From: an uncultured Lachnospiraceae bacterium
Lineage (GTDB): Bacteria; Bacillota; Clostridia; Lachnospirales; Lachnospiraceae
Length of the DNA: 64,000 nt
Direction of reading: 5' to 3'
Assembly (NCBI GenBank): GCA_902780385.1
Contig: CACZFF010000015.1
Location: 4,802-68,801 of the forward strand
In this document: piece after piece, positions 63,494-64,000 of the stretch
How the letters are laid out: every line of letters starts with the position of its first letter
How positions within the stretch are numbered: position 1 is the stretch's first letter
Made by a program: the position numbers and the translations under genes
Notes under the pieces: generated by a model
Database searches by the model: none
The model's input: the letters and a program-made list of their open reading frames with translations, nothing else
What the model was told of the DNA's origin: nothing

Positions 63494-64000
63494 ATGGGAA
63501 AAACTGAAAGGAAAATCATAGGTTTGATCCTTGTGCCATCCCTGCTTGCACTGATTCTGCTGTCGGGCACCTGGTTCGTTTCGAGAAGTTCGCATCAAAC
63601 GCCGGAGGGGAGTGCTGATGCCGGACAGAGCGAGGCGGTGGAAAAGACCGGGGCAGAGACAGGGCAGGCCGGCGGAAAGTCCGGACAGACTGGAGCAGAG
63701 TCTGAACAGAAGACAGCGGAAAATGGTGATACCGGTGACGGGAAAAAGATACCCCCGGTCCCGGAGCAGGAACTGATGCAGCAGATCGCCTTCACTGCAG
63801 GAGGCCCGAAAGAAGCGCAGCGCTCTGTGCCTGTACAGCTGGATACTTCGATTCTCGGCGGAGAGAAAGGTGTTATGTGCTGGGCGGTTTTTCTCCCCGC
63901 GGAAATGTCCGGTCATCCGAGAATACGCTTTTCCGCGTTTAAATCGGTCTCCATGAAGGCGCTGAAGGACGGTGAATACTATCAGGGAGCCCGACTCGGT
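63494..64000 (+). CDS. hypothetical membrane-anchored protein, 3' end beyond the window
   Basis: ATG at 63494 after AGAAGGGG. TM segment IIGLILVPSLLALILLSG, then a Gly/Glu/Thr-rich linker. The frame is open to the window end. Not in the ORF track, which shows only an antisense ORF there. Confidence 0.55.
   Translation, partial: MGKTERKIIGLILVPSLLALILLSGTWFVSRSSHQTPEGSADAGQSEAVEKTGAETGQAGGKSGQTGAESEQKTAENGDTGDGKKIPPVPEQELMQQIAFTAGGPKEAQRSVPVQLDTSILGGEKGVMCWAVFLPAEMSGHPRIRFSAFKSVSMKALKDGEYYQGARLG

Noticed and set aside
63269-63916. 215-aa minus-strand ORF.
   Set aside because: It is rich in Arg/Cys/Leu/Ser with no motifs. The opposite strand has an ATG with an RBS, a clean TM helix and a frame open to the window end, which is the better model.
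1-64000. Search for tRNA, rRNA, IS transposases, cas genes, sortases and known defence-system signatures.
   Set aside because: None was recognised in the ORF translations or in the intergenic DNA. This is a by-eye result, not a model-based scan.

Overview
The window looks like chromosomal DNA from a Clostridia gut commensal. The gene content is Lachnospiraceae-like (butyryl-CoA:acetate CoA-transferase-type gene, ThiW/TPP riboswitch, B12 riboswitch with a BtuFCD-like transporter); the taxon is an inference. Most of the window is ordinary housekeeping: hemD/hemB, cobU, trxAB, a thiamine salvage operon, a vitamin B12/iron-type ABC importer, thyA, a CadC/HMA/P-type ATPase metal module, nudC, asnB, galK and several lipoproteins. 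There are also two Hanks-type Ser/Thr kinases.

Three regions stand out:
1. 35.3-47.2 kb is a visibly more AT-rich accessory segment (judged by eye, not computed). A small tyrosine recombinase is followed by an ORF-free ~0.8 kb segment bounded by two 26-bp lox/dif-like inverted core sites. This lies directly upstream of a ~2,060-aa LPXTG adhesin (lectin-like, MucBP-like and vWA domains) and a second LPXTG pilin. It is a strong candidate phase-variable inverton. The locus has no sortase, and a DUF3800 gene and decayed gene fragments lie next to it.
2. 51.5-52.9 kb has a consensus sigA promoter followed by ~1.4 kb with no credible ORF, packed with long perfect hairpins and mutually exclusive pairings, ending at asnB. 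This may be a very large leader or a noncoding RNA of unknown class.
3. Several smaller candidate RNA or repeat elements. These are a promoter-leader-terminator cassette upstream of DUF3800, a 155-nt closed multi-hairpin element at 21.4 kb, a dispersed REP-like family with a GGGACGGTTC core, a second palindromic family (GTACACGCCC), and three tandem-repeat arrays.

No tRNA, rRNA, CRISPR array, transposase or sortase was recognised. All RNA-family and domain assignments come from reading motifs by eye and need covariance-model or HMM confirmation.
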